Origin: Fibrobacterota bacterium
GTDB lineage: Bacteria > Fibrobacterota > Chitinivibrionia > Chitinivibrionales > Chitinispirillaceae
Length of the DNA: 64,000 nucleotides
Direction: 5' to 3'
NCBI GenBank assembly: GCA_023412475.1
Contig: JAEYNR010000039.1
Span: 30,208-94,207 of the forward strand
The position numbers were made by a program, and so were the translations under genes. This document shows positions 41,342 to 53,364 of this stretch, in pieces (position 1 is the stretch's first letter; every line of letters starts with the position of its first letter). The notes beneath the pieces are model-generated. The model was not told where the DNA came from and made no database searches. It was given only the letters and a program-made list of their open reading frames with translations.

Positions 41342-41657
41342 TTTTTTTGCAGTTAAACCAGTACAATAAACAGGCAATTTATAAAGGAAGGAAAATAATG
41401 TTATTACTTACCGACGAGTCGAGTATTTATAATCAAACTCTTGGTTTACTTCAAGAAAATACCAGTGGAGTGAGACGGCTAATTAGAAAGTATAAAGTTA
41501 TATAAATTTTGCTGAGGGCTCTGCTCGCCCACAAAAAAGAAACGTCTATAGCTGTATTAATTTTACTTTATTAAAAACCGTGCATTTCAGCACAAAATAG
41601 ATAGATACTGGATTTAAATTAAAACTAAATCATCTCAATCTTCGTAATATTATTTCA

Positions 41658-42749
41658 ATGAATCTTCACTGTCTTCAACTTACTACTTTCAGAAATTACC
41701 ATAATCTTGAATTAATTTTTCCTGATGAAGGTGCAATTTTTGAGGGAATCAATGGTTCTGGGAAAACTAATATATTGGAAGCTATCTATATTTTGTGCAC
41801 AGGTCGATCACAACGTGGATCAAAAAAATCGGAGATGATTAAATTTGGATCGGAAAACACGTACATTGAAGGGGAGTTTAAAGAAGGAGACAGATCGTCT
41901 GTAGCTTCAATGGGTTTTAGTCGTGACAAGAAAGTAGTACTGAAATTTGATGGAGTGGTTGTTAAAAAATTTACGGATTGGTTTGGTAAAAGACCGGTGA
42001 TTTCATTTGGAATAGATGATTTGCAGCTAGTTAACGGAACACCAGAATTAAGAAGGCGTTTTATAGATATATTATGTAGTCAGACAGACCCGGCATATTT
42101 AACATCTTTAATAACTTACAAGCATTTTTTATCATGTCGCAATCAAATTTTGAATACAAATTTTGATAAAATTCAGTGTGAGATATATGAGGAGCAGATG
42201 TCTCAAAGCGGAGCAGAAATATTTTTAAAAAGAAAAGAAATATTATCTTTTTTAGGTCCTTTTCTGGAAGATTATTATAAAGCGATCAGTGGAAACCGCG
42301 AGAGTGCCGGATTATTATATGAACCATCAGTTTCTTGTGAATGTAGTAGTAAGAAAGAGTGGAAAAATGTATTTTTTGAGGTGCTCAAAGAGCGAAGGAA
42401 TAAGGATTTAGAGACTGGCTTTTCCACAGTCGGACCTCATCGGGATGACATTCGCTTCCTTCTAAACCAGAAACCATCTAAAATATACGGTTCACAGGGC
42501 CAATGTCGATCGATTGTATTATCGTTAAAATTAAGTTCAGTATCATGTTTAGAGTATTTTCGACAGGAAAAAATGATTTTTTTGATAGATGATGCATTAT
42601 CAGAACTGGATCAGGACCGGACCTCAAGAGTTTTACCTTTAATAGAAGATAAAGGACAGGTTTTTATAGCCACACCGGTACTTAACAGCCCAATTAATAA
42701 GCCACTGCTTAGATGTAGAGTTAAAGATGGTACGGTTACAATTGAATGA
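41658..42749 (+). CDS. recF: DNA replication and repair protein RecF
   Basis: Walker A GINGSGKTNILEAIY, signature region, and Walker B FLIDDALSELD. Confidence 0.93.
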   Translation: MNLHCLQLTTFRNYHNLELIFPDEGAIFEGINGSGKTNILEAIYILCTGRSQRGSKKSEMIKFGSENTYIEGEFKEGDRSSVASMGFSRDKKVVLKFDGVVVKKFTDWFGKRPVISFGIDDLQLVNGTPELRRRFIDILCSQTDPAYLTSLITYKHFLSCRNQILNTNFDKIQCEIYEEQMSQSGAEIFLKRKEILSFLGPFLEDYYKAISGNRESAGLLYEPSVSCECSSKKEWKNVFFEVLKERRNKDLETGFSTVGPHRDDIRFLLNQKPSKIYGSQGQCRSIVLSLKLSSVSCLEYFRQEKMIFLIDDALSELDQDRTSRVLPLIEDKGQVFIATPVLNSPINKPLLRCRVKDGTVTIE

Positions 42750-43039
42750 AAAGACGCACTCAACCTAAAAAAATAGATTCCATATTAGGCGATATACTTT
42801 CAAATCGTGGATATTTAAATATTTGTAAAGAATACGATGTTATATCTCAATGGAATAACATTGTAGGAGAAAAAATTTCTGGTGTTACTGTTTGCAACAG
42901 AGTTGAAAACGGGGTTTTGTATGTTCAGGTCAGCACATCTGCGTGGCGCCAGGAATTAGTTTACTTTAAAGTAAAAATATTGCAGCAGATAAAAGAAAAT
43001 ACAAATTGTATAAGTATAAGAGATATTGTTTTTTATTAG
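42746..43039 (+). CDS. DUF721 (DciA-like) protein
   Basis: 97 aa. The pattern W..IVGEKISGVT.....ENGVLYVQVSTSAWRQEL is typical of DUF721. Canonical position after recF, with a 4-nt overlap. Confidence 0.75.
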   Translation: MKRRTQPKKIDSILGDILSNRGYLNICKEYDVISQWNNIVGEKISGVTVCNRVENGVLYVQVSTSAWRQELVYFKVKILQQIKENTNCISIRDIVFY

Positions 43040-43054
43040 ACATATAATAATTAA

Positions 43055-44998
<1,944 letters not shown>

Positions 44999-45003
44999 AT
45001 ACA

Positions 45004-45804
45004 ATGAACTCCAAACTTACTGCACTCCTGACAAATGATGATGGATACAGCTCTGAAGGTATCAGGTATCTATATGATATTCTGTCTCAATATTATGAGG
45101 TAATAGTTGTAGCACCGCAATGCGAACAGAGCGGTGTCGGACATGCATTTACGTTCAATCAACCGTTACATTTCGAAGAAATTCCTGAAAAATTCGGAAT
45201 GAAAGGTTTCTTTGTCAGTGGTACACCATCAGATTGTGTAAAATTTGCAATAAGCTATCTGATGAAAAATAAACCTGATATTATTGTTTCCGGTTTAAAT
45301 ATAGGTGAAAACTCCGGCTTGTCTGCCTTCTATTCAGGAACTGTGGCTGCTGCAAGGGAAGGCGCATTCTGGAATATACCCAGCTTTGCTTTTTCTATAT
45401 GTGCAGAAGCAATGACATATGCAACAGATTATGTTAATTTAGTACCGAACTTGATTGAAAATATTCTGTCCACAAAAATGAGTATATGCTCTGATGATAG
45501 TAGAATATACTACAACATTAACTTTCCTTGCTGTAGGGTAGAGGAAATACAGGGAACAAGAATTACTTGTCAAAGTCTCGCATACTTTGATGATCGCTAT
45601 GAAAAAATCGAGGTACAAACTCATAAGACCGGAGAGGGTTTTATGATTTACGGGGAAAAAAAAGATATTGAAACTTCAAACGGATTTGATTCCCGTGCTC
45701 TTATGAATGATTACATAACAATTACACCACTATTTTTTGATGCAACAGCACATAATGCTATAGCCAGTCTTCGCTGGCTTGAAGAAAATTACACGAAAAG
45801 GTGA
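45004..45804 (+). CDS. surE: 5'/3'-nucleotidase SurE
   Basis: N-terminal LLTNDDGYSSEGI and GLNIGEN. Confidence 0.9.
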   Translation: MNSKLTALLTNDDGYSSEGIRYLYDILSQYYEVIVVAPQCEQSGVGHAFTFNQPLHFEEIPEKFGMKGFFVSGTPSDCVKFAISYLMKNKPDIIVSGLNIGENSGLSAFYSGTVAAAREGAFWNIPSFAFSICAEAMTYATDYVNLVPNLIENILSTKMSICSDDSRIYYNINFPCCRVEEIQGTRITCQSLAYFDDRYEKIEVQTHKTGEGFMIYGEKKDIETSNGFDSRALMNDYITITPLFFDATAHNAIASLRWLEENYTKR

Positions 45805-45811
45805 TTTTTAA

Positions 45812-48394
45812 ATGAACGAAACCGAAAAAATCAACAGCGTCTTGTTAGAAGATGAGATGCAGAAATCATACCTGGATTATTCCATGAGTATGATCACCTC
45901 ACGTGCATTGCCTGATGTAAGAGATGGACTTAAACCAGTGCATCGCAGGGTACTTTTTGGCATGGAGGAGTTAGGGCTTCAACATAATAAAGCTCCGAAA
46001 AAGTGCGCCCGTGTGGTGGGCGATGTTATAGGAAAATATCATCCTCATGGCGATTCTGCAGTTTATGATTCACTTGTACGTATGGCTCAGGATTTTTCCA
46101 TGCGTTACACAATGGTTAATGGTCAGGGAAATTTTGGGTCTATAGACGGTGATCCGCCAGCAGCTATGCGTTATACAGAATGTAGAATGACTGCTCTTGC
46201 TGAAGCGATGATGGAAGACCTAGACAAAGATACTGTAGATTTTGTACCCAATTATGATGATTCTTTAAAAGAACCATCTGTTATGCCATCAAAACTTCCA
46301 TTTCTTTTGGTAAATGGTGCTACCGGTATAGCTGTAGGAATGGCTACAAACATGGCACCTCATAATCTCTCTGAAGTGGTCAATGCAATTGTTGCTGTTA
46401 TAGATAATGATGAAATAACAGTTGATGAACTTTTCCATTTTATTCCAGGTCCGGATTTCCCTACTGGCGGTGTGATTTACGGTAGAAGCGGTATTCTTGA
46501 GGCATACAGAACCGGTAAAGGTAAAGTCATCGTCAGAGCAAAAGCGGAAGTTGTTAAACTCGCAAATGACAGAGAAGAGATAGTAATCACCGAAATTCCT
46601 TACATGGTCAATAAATCTTCTCTTCTTGAAAAGATTGCAGATCTGGTTCGTCAGAAAACTATTGAGGGTATCTCATTTATCAGGGACGAATCAGACCGAA
46701 GCGGAATGCGCATTGTAATAGGAATAAAGAAAGATGGTTTTGGTGATGTTATTCTGAATCAGTTGTATAAATTCACTATGATGCAGACAACCTTTGGTAT
46801 TAATAACCTTGCTTTGGTGAATCTGCAGCCCAGATTGCTAAATCTCAAGGACATTATTACCCATTTTGTAGACCATCGTCATGAAGTGGTTGTTAGAAGA
46901 ACATCTTACGACTTAAGAAAAGCACAGGAAAGAGCTCATATTCTTGAAGGACTTAAAATAGCTCTGGAAAACATAGATGAAATTATTTCTATGATTAAGA
47001 GCTCAGTCTCTCCGGAAGATGCTCAAGGAAAACTGCAAGCAAGGTTTCAATTTACTGAAATTCAGGCAAAAGCAATTCTTGATATGAGATTGCAGCGTCT
47101 TACTGGTCTGGAAAGAGAAAAAATCGAGGCAGAATATCAGGAACTAATGAAACTGATAAAAGAGCTGACTGAAATCCTTGAAGACAAAGCCAAGCGAATG
47201 CAAATCATTAAAGATGAGCTTATAATGATTAAAAATCGTTTTGGTGATCCACGCCGAACAGAAATTACTGATGCTACAAGTGATGTCGATATCGAAGACC
47301 TTATTGCTGAAGAAGACATGGTTATCACAATGTCGCACGAGGGTTATATAAAAAGAACATCAGTAAATAGCTACAGAACACAAGGCAGAGGTGGTAAAGG
47401 TGTTAAGGGGATGGACTCTAAAGAAAATGATTTTATTACCACCCTATTTGTAGCATCGACACATGCTTATATTATGTTTTTCACCAATACAGGAAGATGC
47501 TATTGGCTAAAAGTTTATAAAATTCCGGAAACTGGAAGGCACTCAAGGGGGAAAGCCATAGTTAATCTGGTCGATCTGAGACCGGAAGAGAAAATTGCCG
47601 CTTTCGTGCCGGTCAGAGAATTCAATGATGATCATTTTATTGTAATAGCAACCTCCAACGGAGTTATCAACAAACAACCGCTCTCTTCTTACTCAAATGT
47701 AAGACGTGATGGAATAAACGCGATAAACCTTGATGAGAATAACAGTGTTATTGAATGTAAGCTAACCAGCGGAGACAGCGACATTGTTCTTGGTACCAGC
47801 TCTGGTCAGGCGATCCGTTTTTCTGAGAGTGCTGTCAGAGAAATTGGAAGAAACACCAGAGGGGTAAAAGGAATTTCACTGAAAAACAACGATAAAGTAG
47901 TATCCATGATAATTGTGGATGAAAAGTACGATATTTTGACTGTAACAGAAAATGGATACGGCAAAAGAACACCGGTATCGGATTATCGGAAAACAAATCG
48001 AAGTGGCTCTGGAATTATCAATATAAAGGTAACAGAAAAGACCGGTCGGGTAGTCTCCTTAAAGGGAGTTTATGGAGATTACGATTTAATGTTGATTACC
48101 CGATTTGGGATAATTATCAGGGTAGATGTTAACAAGATATCCACAATTGGCAGAAACACACAGGGGGTCAAGCTTATTAGTCTTGATTCCAGTGACAGGG
48201 TAATCGATATCGCTCTTTGTGAGAGAGACACCACCTGTGCTGATGATGAAAATGAGGGAACTATCCCGGAGGCGATTCCCGAGGGAATAGAATCCGATGA
48301 AGCAAAACATAGTTTTGAGGTTCCTGATGAAGAGCTGCAAGATTCAACAGATGAGAAACCAGAAGATTCTTCGTCAGACGATTCAGAAACTTAG
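45812..48394 (+). CDS. gyrA: DNA gyrase subunit A (with acidic C-terminal tail)
   Basis: RDGLKPVHRRVL, GKYHPHGD, AAMRYTE (active-site Tyr), and C-terminal beta-pinwheel repeats. The tail is D/E/S-rich. Confidence 0.97.
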   Translation: MNETEKINSVLLEDEMQKSYLDYSMSMITSRALPDVRDGLKPVHRRVLFGMEELGLQHNKAPKKCARVVGDVIGKYHPHGDSAVYDSLVRMAQDFSMRYTMVNGQGNFGSIDGDPPAAMRYTECRMTALAEAMMEDLDKDTVDFVPNYDDSLKEPSVMPSKLPFLLVNGATGIAVGMATNMAPHNLSEVVNAIVAVIDNDEITVDELFHFIPGPDFPTGGVIYGRSGILEAYRTGKGKVIVRAKAEVVKLANDREEIVITEIPYMVNKSSLLEKIADLVRQKTIEGISFIRDESDRSGMRIVIGIKKDGFGDVILNQLYKFTMMQTTFGINNLALVNLQPRLLNLKDIITHFVDHRHEVVVRRTSYDLRKAQERAHILEGLKIALENIDEIISMIKSSVSPEDAQGKLQARFQFTEIQAKAILDMRLQRLTGLEREKIEAEYQELMKLIKELTEILEDKAKRMQIIKDELIMIKNRFGDPRRTEITDATSDVDIEDLIAEEDMVITMSHEGYIKRTSVNSYRTQGRGGKGVKGMDSKENDFITTLFVASTHAYIMFFTNTGRCYWLKVYKIPETGRHSRGKAIVNLVDLRPEEKIAAFVPVREFNDDHFIVIATSNGVINKQPLSSYSNVRRDGINAINLDENNSVIECKLTSGDSDIVLGTSSGQAIRFSESAVREIGRNTRGVKGISLKNNDKVVSMIIVDEKYDILTVTENGYGKRTPVSDYRKTNRSGSGIINIKVTEKTGRVVSLKGVYGDYDLMLITRFGIIIRVDVNKISTIGRNTQGVKLISLDSSDRVIDIALCERDTTCADDENEGTIPEAIPEGIESDEAKHSFEVPDEELQDSTDEKPEDSSSDDSET

Positions 48395-48420
48395 GCTAAC
48401 ATATTAAACAACAAGAAAAT

Positions 48421-48455
48421 AAATCCTCTGCTAAAACAGAGGATTTATTTTTTTT
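48421..48455 (+). terminator. Intrinsic terminator after gyrA
   Basis: 10-bp stem AAATCCTCTG / CAGAGGATTT with a 6-nt loop, followed by A + T8. Confidence 0.88.
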
Positions 48456-48957
48456 GTTGATGTCCGGTGCGATAGTGGCAACTGGCATTTTTTTGTGTAA
48501 GCTATTGTTTTTTATCTGATGCAAGTTCAACAGCAAAAGCTTTTATTGTTACTCAAAATATCATCGAACAGCTTTCCAAAAGCATACCTATTGAAAATAT
48601 AAGACTGGAATAGTATTGCTCCTCATAGATTCTGATTTCTCAATAAAAAGATCAGAAATGCTGTTTTAATATTTTAATAATCTAAATTAAATGATCCTAT
48701 GTGGTTTTTCATCCCATCTAGTGTGTGGATAAAATTGTCATCATGAATGGTTATGCCAATATGGGATTAAAAAAAACATTGAAAATAGCAGGGAAAGCGA
48801 ACAAATTAGTCCCCACTGAAAGCCTTGGATCCACTAATAATAAAAATGCTGTACGAGCAAAAATCAGCCAAAAATCAGCAAATTTCTGAATGATCAGACA
48901 AAAAGCAAACATCGCTGTGTATCTCTTGTTAATTGATCGACCGAATCGGTCCCTTAA

Positions 48958-50574
48958 TTAAATCTTAAACTGATCCACTATTCCCTGCAGCTTAACGGAA
49001 AGTGTGCTTAACTGAGTCACCACGGATTCAGTTTTTTTAACACTTTCTTCATTTTTATTTGCCACCTGATCCACATGGTGCATATTTGAAGCTACAGCAG
49101 AAATACCTTCTACACTGCTGCTAATACCTTTGGCAATTGTGGCTGCCGCCTCTTTTGTATGCGAAATCTGAATAGATATTTCTTTTGTAGTAAAAGACTG
49201 TTCCTCGACAGAGCTAACAATTGTTTTTGATATGCTGCTAACCTCCTCTACCACGGAAGCAATCGAACGGATTGCACAGATAGAGGATTCGGTTGAAATT
49301 TGCATAGTATTGATTTTATTCTTTATCTCTTTAGCTGCAATAGCGGTTTGTTTTGCAAGCTCCTTGATTTCACTTGCCACAACTGAAAATCCATTGCCAG
49401 CCTCTCCTGCACGTGCGGCCTCGATCGTGGCATTAAGCGCAAGAAGATCAATCTGGGCAGCAATATCTTCTATTACAACAGTAATGCGGTCAATATCTTT
49501 AGCTGCCAGGCCCAGTGAGTCGATAGTTTCCAGTGCATTCTTAGATTGTTTGTTTGCATCTTCAGATATGCTATACTCTTTTTGACAATTTTTAGCCACA
49601 TCATTGATACTTGCATTCAATTGTTCGATAGCAGTAGCAACATTTTCAACTGAAATTGACATATTTTTGGTAGATGAATCCATGCCCTCAAGAGAAACAT
49701 TCATTTTATCAATAGACATTTTCGCATTTTCTGCATTCTCTTTGAGCTTTCCAGCGGCATTACTGGTTTCTGTAACCACCAGGGGCAACTCTTTTGAAAT
49801 ATTATTGAGGTCCAAAATGTTTTCTTTGACATTTTTAATCATGTTCTGAAGTTTGTCTGCAAACATATTGAACCATTTGGATAAAACTCCAATTTCATCT
49901 TTGGACAATATAGTGATTCGTTTTGTAAGATCTCCTTCACCAGAAGCGATGTCCTGAAGAATAGTGGTAGTTTTATTGAGTGATTGAACAATTGAAGATG
50001 AAATAAACATAATGGCAAAAACAGTAATACTAAGAAGTATTAGGCTGGTAATCCATAGTTGCATAGAAAATTTGCTGATTTTATTAAGAAAACTCTTTTT
50101 TGAAAAAACTATGGTAAGATTTCCAAGATCATTTCCGTTCTGGTTGGACATGGGTGTATACGCTAAAATAGTTTCTTTCTGATCATTGACAATGAGCTCT
50201 TTAACATCATTACATACTATGTTTTTGGCTTCACTTGTCAAGCCGTCGATAAATTTGTTATTATTATCAAAAACTGCAATGTCGGAAATCAAAGACTCCT
50301 GTTTGTTTGATTTGAGCAAATTCAGTGTGTTTTTTACTGACGCTCCATCATCAAGAATCAATGTCTGCATTCCCAGTGCCAGATTTTCTGAAAGAAGGTT
50401 TGCAATAAACATGGCATTCTCTTTCATAATATCAGCAGAGAGATTTTTTGTCTGAACAGGTATGATAATGCCAAGCAGTAAAAGCAAAATACCACTAACA
50501 CCAGCAGCCAGAACGACAAGTCTAAACTTAATAGAAGAAATTTTCAGCATGAGAGTCTCTTTTTTGTTAATCAA
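48958..50574 (-). CDS. Methyl-accepting chemotaxis protein (TM - ~150 aa periplasmic domain - TM - HAMP - MA domain)
   Basis: Conserved signalling hairpin [31 protein letters not shown], and HAMP ([23 protein letters not shown]). The start is either TTG 50574, which overlaps the upstream stop, or ATG 50550. Confidence 0.9.
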   Translation of the reverse strand: MINKKETLMLKISSIKFRLVVLAAGVSGILLLLLGIIIPVQTKNLSADIMKENAMFIANLLSENLALGMQTLILDDGASVKNTLNLLKSNKQESLISDIAVFDNNNKFIDGLTSEAKNIVCNDVKELIVNDQKETILAYTPMSNQNGNDLGNLTIVFSKKSFLNKISKFSMQLWITSLILLSITVFAIMFISSSIVQSLNKTTTILQDIASGEGDLTKRITILSKDEIGVLSKWFNMFADKLQNMIKNVKENILDLNNISKELPLVVTETSNAAGKLKENAENAKMSIDKMNVSLEGMDSSTKNMSISVENVATAIEQLNASINDVAKNCQKEYSISEDANKQSKNALETIDSLGLAAKDIDRITVVIEDIAAQIDLLALNATIEAARAGEAGNGFSVVASEIKELAKQTAIAAKEIKNKINTMQISTESSICAIRSIASVVEEVSSISKTIVSSVEEQSFTTKEISIQISHTKEAAATIAKGISSSVEGISAVASNMHHVDQVANKNEESVKKTESVVTQLSTLSVKLQGIVDQFKI

Positions 50575-51092
50575 TAATTTGTTATTGCAATCTTTAAAAT
50601 AGCAGGATTCCAGGTAATAGACTCAAGTTTTGATGAGCTAAGATTGAGTAACACTTTAGGTTTGTCATTTATAATTCCGATACCTAAAGATACTCCTTTA
50701 GCAATCAATGCCGGGTCTCCGGTTATAGTAAGTACGCCATTGGCTCGACTATAAGAAAGAATATCATCAAGTTTTGAACTGTTACCAATATAAATTACAG
50801 ACGGTTTTTCTGCTGGTACACCATCTCCTTCTACAACAGAAGAGAGTTTTGATGAACCAACTTGTTTTCCGATGCCGTTTTTCAGATTTTTAGCAAATTC
50901 AGTACTGTTCATACAATAAACGTTAACATTTTCTGAAGAGGCCAGTTTTTCATTGAATGCCAGTAATTTTAGAGCTAAAGCAGCCTGAATGTCAACCGGA
51001 GCAACTGAAATATCTTCTGCTTGCCCCAAACTGACAAAGATAAAAATGCTAAGCGGTAGAACAAACTTATATTTGATTACAAAGCTATTCAT
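50571..51092 (-). CDS. YfiR-like (DUF4154) periplasmic protein
   Basis: Signal peptide. The pattern ...VIYIGNSS...[51 protein letters not shown] matches my recollection of the DUF4154 consensus (...vLTvsd..gf...Ggmi.f....gkvrfeiN..aa...gl.is.kLL.lA). By-eye call only. Confidence 0.6.
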   Translation of the reverse strand: MNSFVIKYKFVLPLSIFIFVSLGQAEDISVAPVDIQAALALKLLAFNEKLASSENVNVYCMNSTEFAKNLKNGIGKQVGSSKLSSVVEGDGVPAEKPSVIYIGNSSKLDDILSYSRANGVLTITGDPALIAKGVSLGIGIINDKPKVLLNLSSSKLESITWNPAILKIAITNY

Positions 51093-51141
51093 ATTATACT
51101 CCGTAAAATTTCTTTACTATGATTAATACAAATACTTACAA

Positions 51142-53157
51142 TTAAAACTGAACATTTACACCACCGGATATGATCCTGCCTCTTTCTGCTGGAAGAGATT
51201 TTCCAGGGAGAAGATTCCAGTCAGTAAGCCAGATCTCCTTATCCAGAAGATTTTTGACACTCAGATATAGATCAAAATTCTTTAACTTAACCGATTTTAG
51301 TAAGGTGTTTATATTGTAAGAAGCGTAAAAATTGAGCATGTGAAATGAACCTGGAGACTTAGTGATTGTTGAGTGATATTTATCATCCAGGTCGCCCTGA
51401 TATACATTGAACAAGCTTATGTTGATTCCATTATCTGCTTTATAACTCAAGCCACCCTTGGCACTGAAATTAGCTGAAGGAACAACATTTTCTACATCAT
51501 CCTGATTTTTATTAGTTTGGTAAAGCATAGATGCAGTCAGATAGATCTCGGAGTTGATATAGTAACGTGCATCCATTTCCAGCCCCATGAAAGTAGTTTC
51601 TCCAAAATTTCTATAGGTAGGTATTGCTGTCGGATCGCTTCGATCCTGAATTATGATATTATTGAGCTTACTGAAAAAGCCATTTATTCCAGCCTGTATT
51701 TGTTTAAGTTTCAAATTTGCTCCAAGATCAACCGTATTGACTTTCTCTGGAACCAAATCTTTACTTCCCAACATCGAGTAATGTGCGGCAAACATTTCAT
51801 GAAGAAAGGGAGCACGAAAAGCCTGGCTATAGAGGAATTTAAAGTTAAGTATTTCTATAGGATCGGCAATGAGACCGATTCTGGGAACCACATCAAGATC
51901 AACAAACTCTACTTTATTCGCCTGAAGTCCGGCAATAAGTTTCATTTTTTCGATAAAACGCCAGTCTGCCTGAGCGTAAAACCCTACATTGTATCGGTTG
52001 GTGTCGACTACATAATCTTTTTCTCCAGTCTCCAATATATTGAATTCAGATCCTCCTGAGTAGCTTCCGGCTGCACCAAATGTTACATTAAGATTTTTCA
52101 AAGGTGAAATAGAATTAGATAATTCCCACAAAAACTCATCTGTTCTTCTGATAGGTCCCGGCCATGAAGATATATGTAGTTCCGTTCCGGTATATGTGAA
52201 ATTAAAATCCATTTCCCATTTATCACCAATTGGTTGTCTCCATCCCGCATTGGCAAAATGCCTACTCCCCTCAACATTTCCATAAGATGGAAACAGATGG
52301 CTCCAATCTGAAACGCCATAAAATGTTTCCCATTTGGTAAATGAATACATTAAACTCAAATTTTTATAATTAATTCCTACATAAGTTCCCGGGCCTTTAT
52401 CCGGAATGATTACATTATGAGGATAGATATTTCCATCCAGTGCCAAGCCCTTCCATTGAAGATGCCAGGGACGTTTTTCGGCATATCTTACAGAAGCAAG
52501 AATACTTAAGTCACCATCCTTGACTCCGACATGACCAGAGGCAGAAAAAGCATCTGATCCGCCATTTACATTTATTCCCGATCCAACATTATCACTGTTT
52601 TCAATGGTAATGATATTTATGACTCCAGAGAAAGCGTTGGTACCATACAATACAGAACCAGGCCCTCTGATTACTTCGATACGGTCGATAGAATTAATAG
52701 GGAAAGATTCAAGCACCTCAGAACTAAGGCCACCTTCAAGAACTTCTCGTATTGGTCGGCCATTTATCAGAAAAAGAATATGTCCGGATTTAGCCAGCAC
52801 ATGATCTCCTCTTAAGGAAATCATTGAGCGGTCGGTCATATAGTTGGCACCGATCATGATACTTGGTACTCTCAAGAGAACATCTTTTAGAGTAGAACCG
52901 CCAAACCGTTCAAGGTCATCTCTGGTTACTACAGATAATACACCAGGAGCATCCGAGAGTTTTTCTTTTGATTTTGAAGCAGTAGTGACAGTTATATCCA
53001 AAATGTCTTCCAGGTCCATATCGAAAAGATCTGTGCTGCTTGTGCCTGGGTCAGCGGTGGTTTCTTCTGAATAAGTTAAATGAGGTAAAAAGAATAAAGA
53101 TAGGAAAAGTAAAGCAAAAACTTGTGATTTAAATTTTGTTAAACAGTTCATGATCAC
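51142..53157 (-). CDS. TonB-dependent outer-membrane receptor
   Basis: Signal peptide, plug domain (DAPGVLSVVTRDDLERFGGSTLKDVLLRVPS; IEVIRGPGSVLYGTNAFSGVINIIT), 22-strand-size barrel, and terminal ...GGVNVQF. Confidence 0.9.
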   Translation of the reverse strand: MIMNCLTKFKSQVFALLFLSLFFLPHLTYSEETTADPGTSSTDLFDMDLEDILDITVTTASKSKEKLSDAPGVLSVVTRDDLERFGGSTLKDVLLRVPSIMIGANYMTDRSMISLRGDHVLAKSGHILFLINGRPIREVLEGGLSSEVLESFPINSIDRIEVIRGPGSVLYGTNAFSGVINIITIENSDNVGSGINVNGGSDAFSASGHVGVKDGDLSILASVRYAEKRPWHLQWKGLALDGNIYPHNVIIPDKGPGTYVGINYKNLSLMYSFTKWETFYGVSDWSHLFPSYGNVEGSRHFANAGWRQPIGDKWEMDFNFTYTGTELHISSWPGPIRRTDEFLWELSNSISPLKNLNVTFGAAGSYSGGSEFNILETGEKDYVVDTNRYNVGFYAQADWRFIEKMKLIAGLQANKVEFVDLDVVPRIGLIADPIEILNFKFLYSQAFRAPFLHEMFAAHYSMLGSKDLVPEKVNTVDLGANLKLKQIQAGINGFFSKLNNIIIQDRSDPTAIPTYRNFGETTFMGLEMDARYYINSEIYLTASMLYQTNKNQDDVENVVPSANFSAKGGLSYKADNGINISLFNVYQGDLDDKYHSTITKSPGSFHMLNFYASYNINTLLKSVKLKNFDLYLSVKNLLDKEIWLTDWNLLPGKSLPAERGRIISGGVNVQF

Positions 53158-53335
53158 CTTCCTCTGGTTGTTGTGAATCCAAATTATAAAATTGAAACAC
53201 TATATTTCTTTTTTTGAATAAATATTTTAATGCACGATATTTCCCTGAAAGTAAGTTTTCTTTAAATATGGTTAAAACTAAGAAAATCCTAAATATCAGC
53301 TAAACTGGTAAAAGCTGTCCCTGTTTAGTGTATTA

Positions 53336-53364
53336 ATGATATTTTACATAAAGAGTAGTGTCAA
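53336..53364 (-). promoter_or_regulatory. Sigma70-like promoter candidate upstream of the TBDR operon
   Basis: The minus strand reads TTGACA-17 nt-TATCAT, about 180 nt upstream of the TBDR start. Sequence match only, and the promoter consensus of this lineage is unknown. Confidence 0.3.

Noticed and set aside
41403-41423. A 21-nt motif ATTACTTACYGACGAGTYGAG is shared (19/21) between the dnaN-recF spacer (41403-41423) and the 54456-54476 spacer, with loose downstream similarity (AACTCTT..CAAG). It could be read as a shared ncRNA or a small-peptide family (LLTDE...). It also contains CUGANGA, reminiscent of a hammerhead core.
   Set aside because: With about 4e9 position pairs over both strands and P(>=19/21) of about 4e-10, one or two such matches are expected by chance, and more in AT-biased DNA. 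There is no GAAA or properly placed helices for a hammerhead. The putative peptides share only 5 residues.
48724-48732. A perfect DnaA box TGTGGATAA downstream of gyrA could indicate a second origin or a datA-like site.
   Set aside because: It is a single isolated 9-mer, and about 0.5 such matches are expected per 64 kb on both strands. There is no cluster of boxes.
51517-52059. Long antisense ORFs appear in the track. Examples are 180 aa opposite the TBDR, 154 aa at 7398-7862, 143 aa at 62215-62646, 136 aa at 18831-19241, 132 aa at 19721-20119, 146 aa at 1571-2011 and 144 aa at 2323-2757.
   Set aside because: Each lies wholly inside a confidently identified gene on the other strand. They have low-complexity or odd composition and no RBS, so they are shadow ORFs typical of AT-rich DNA.
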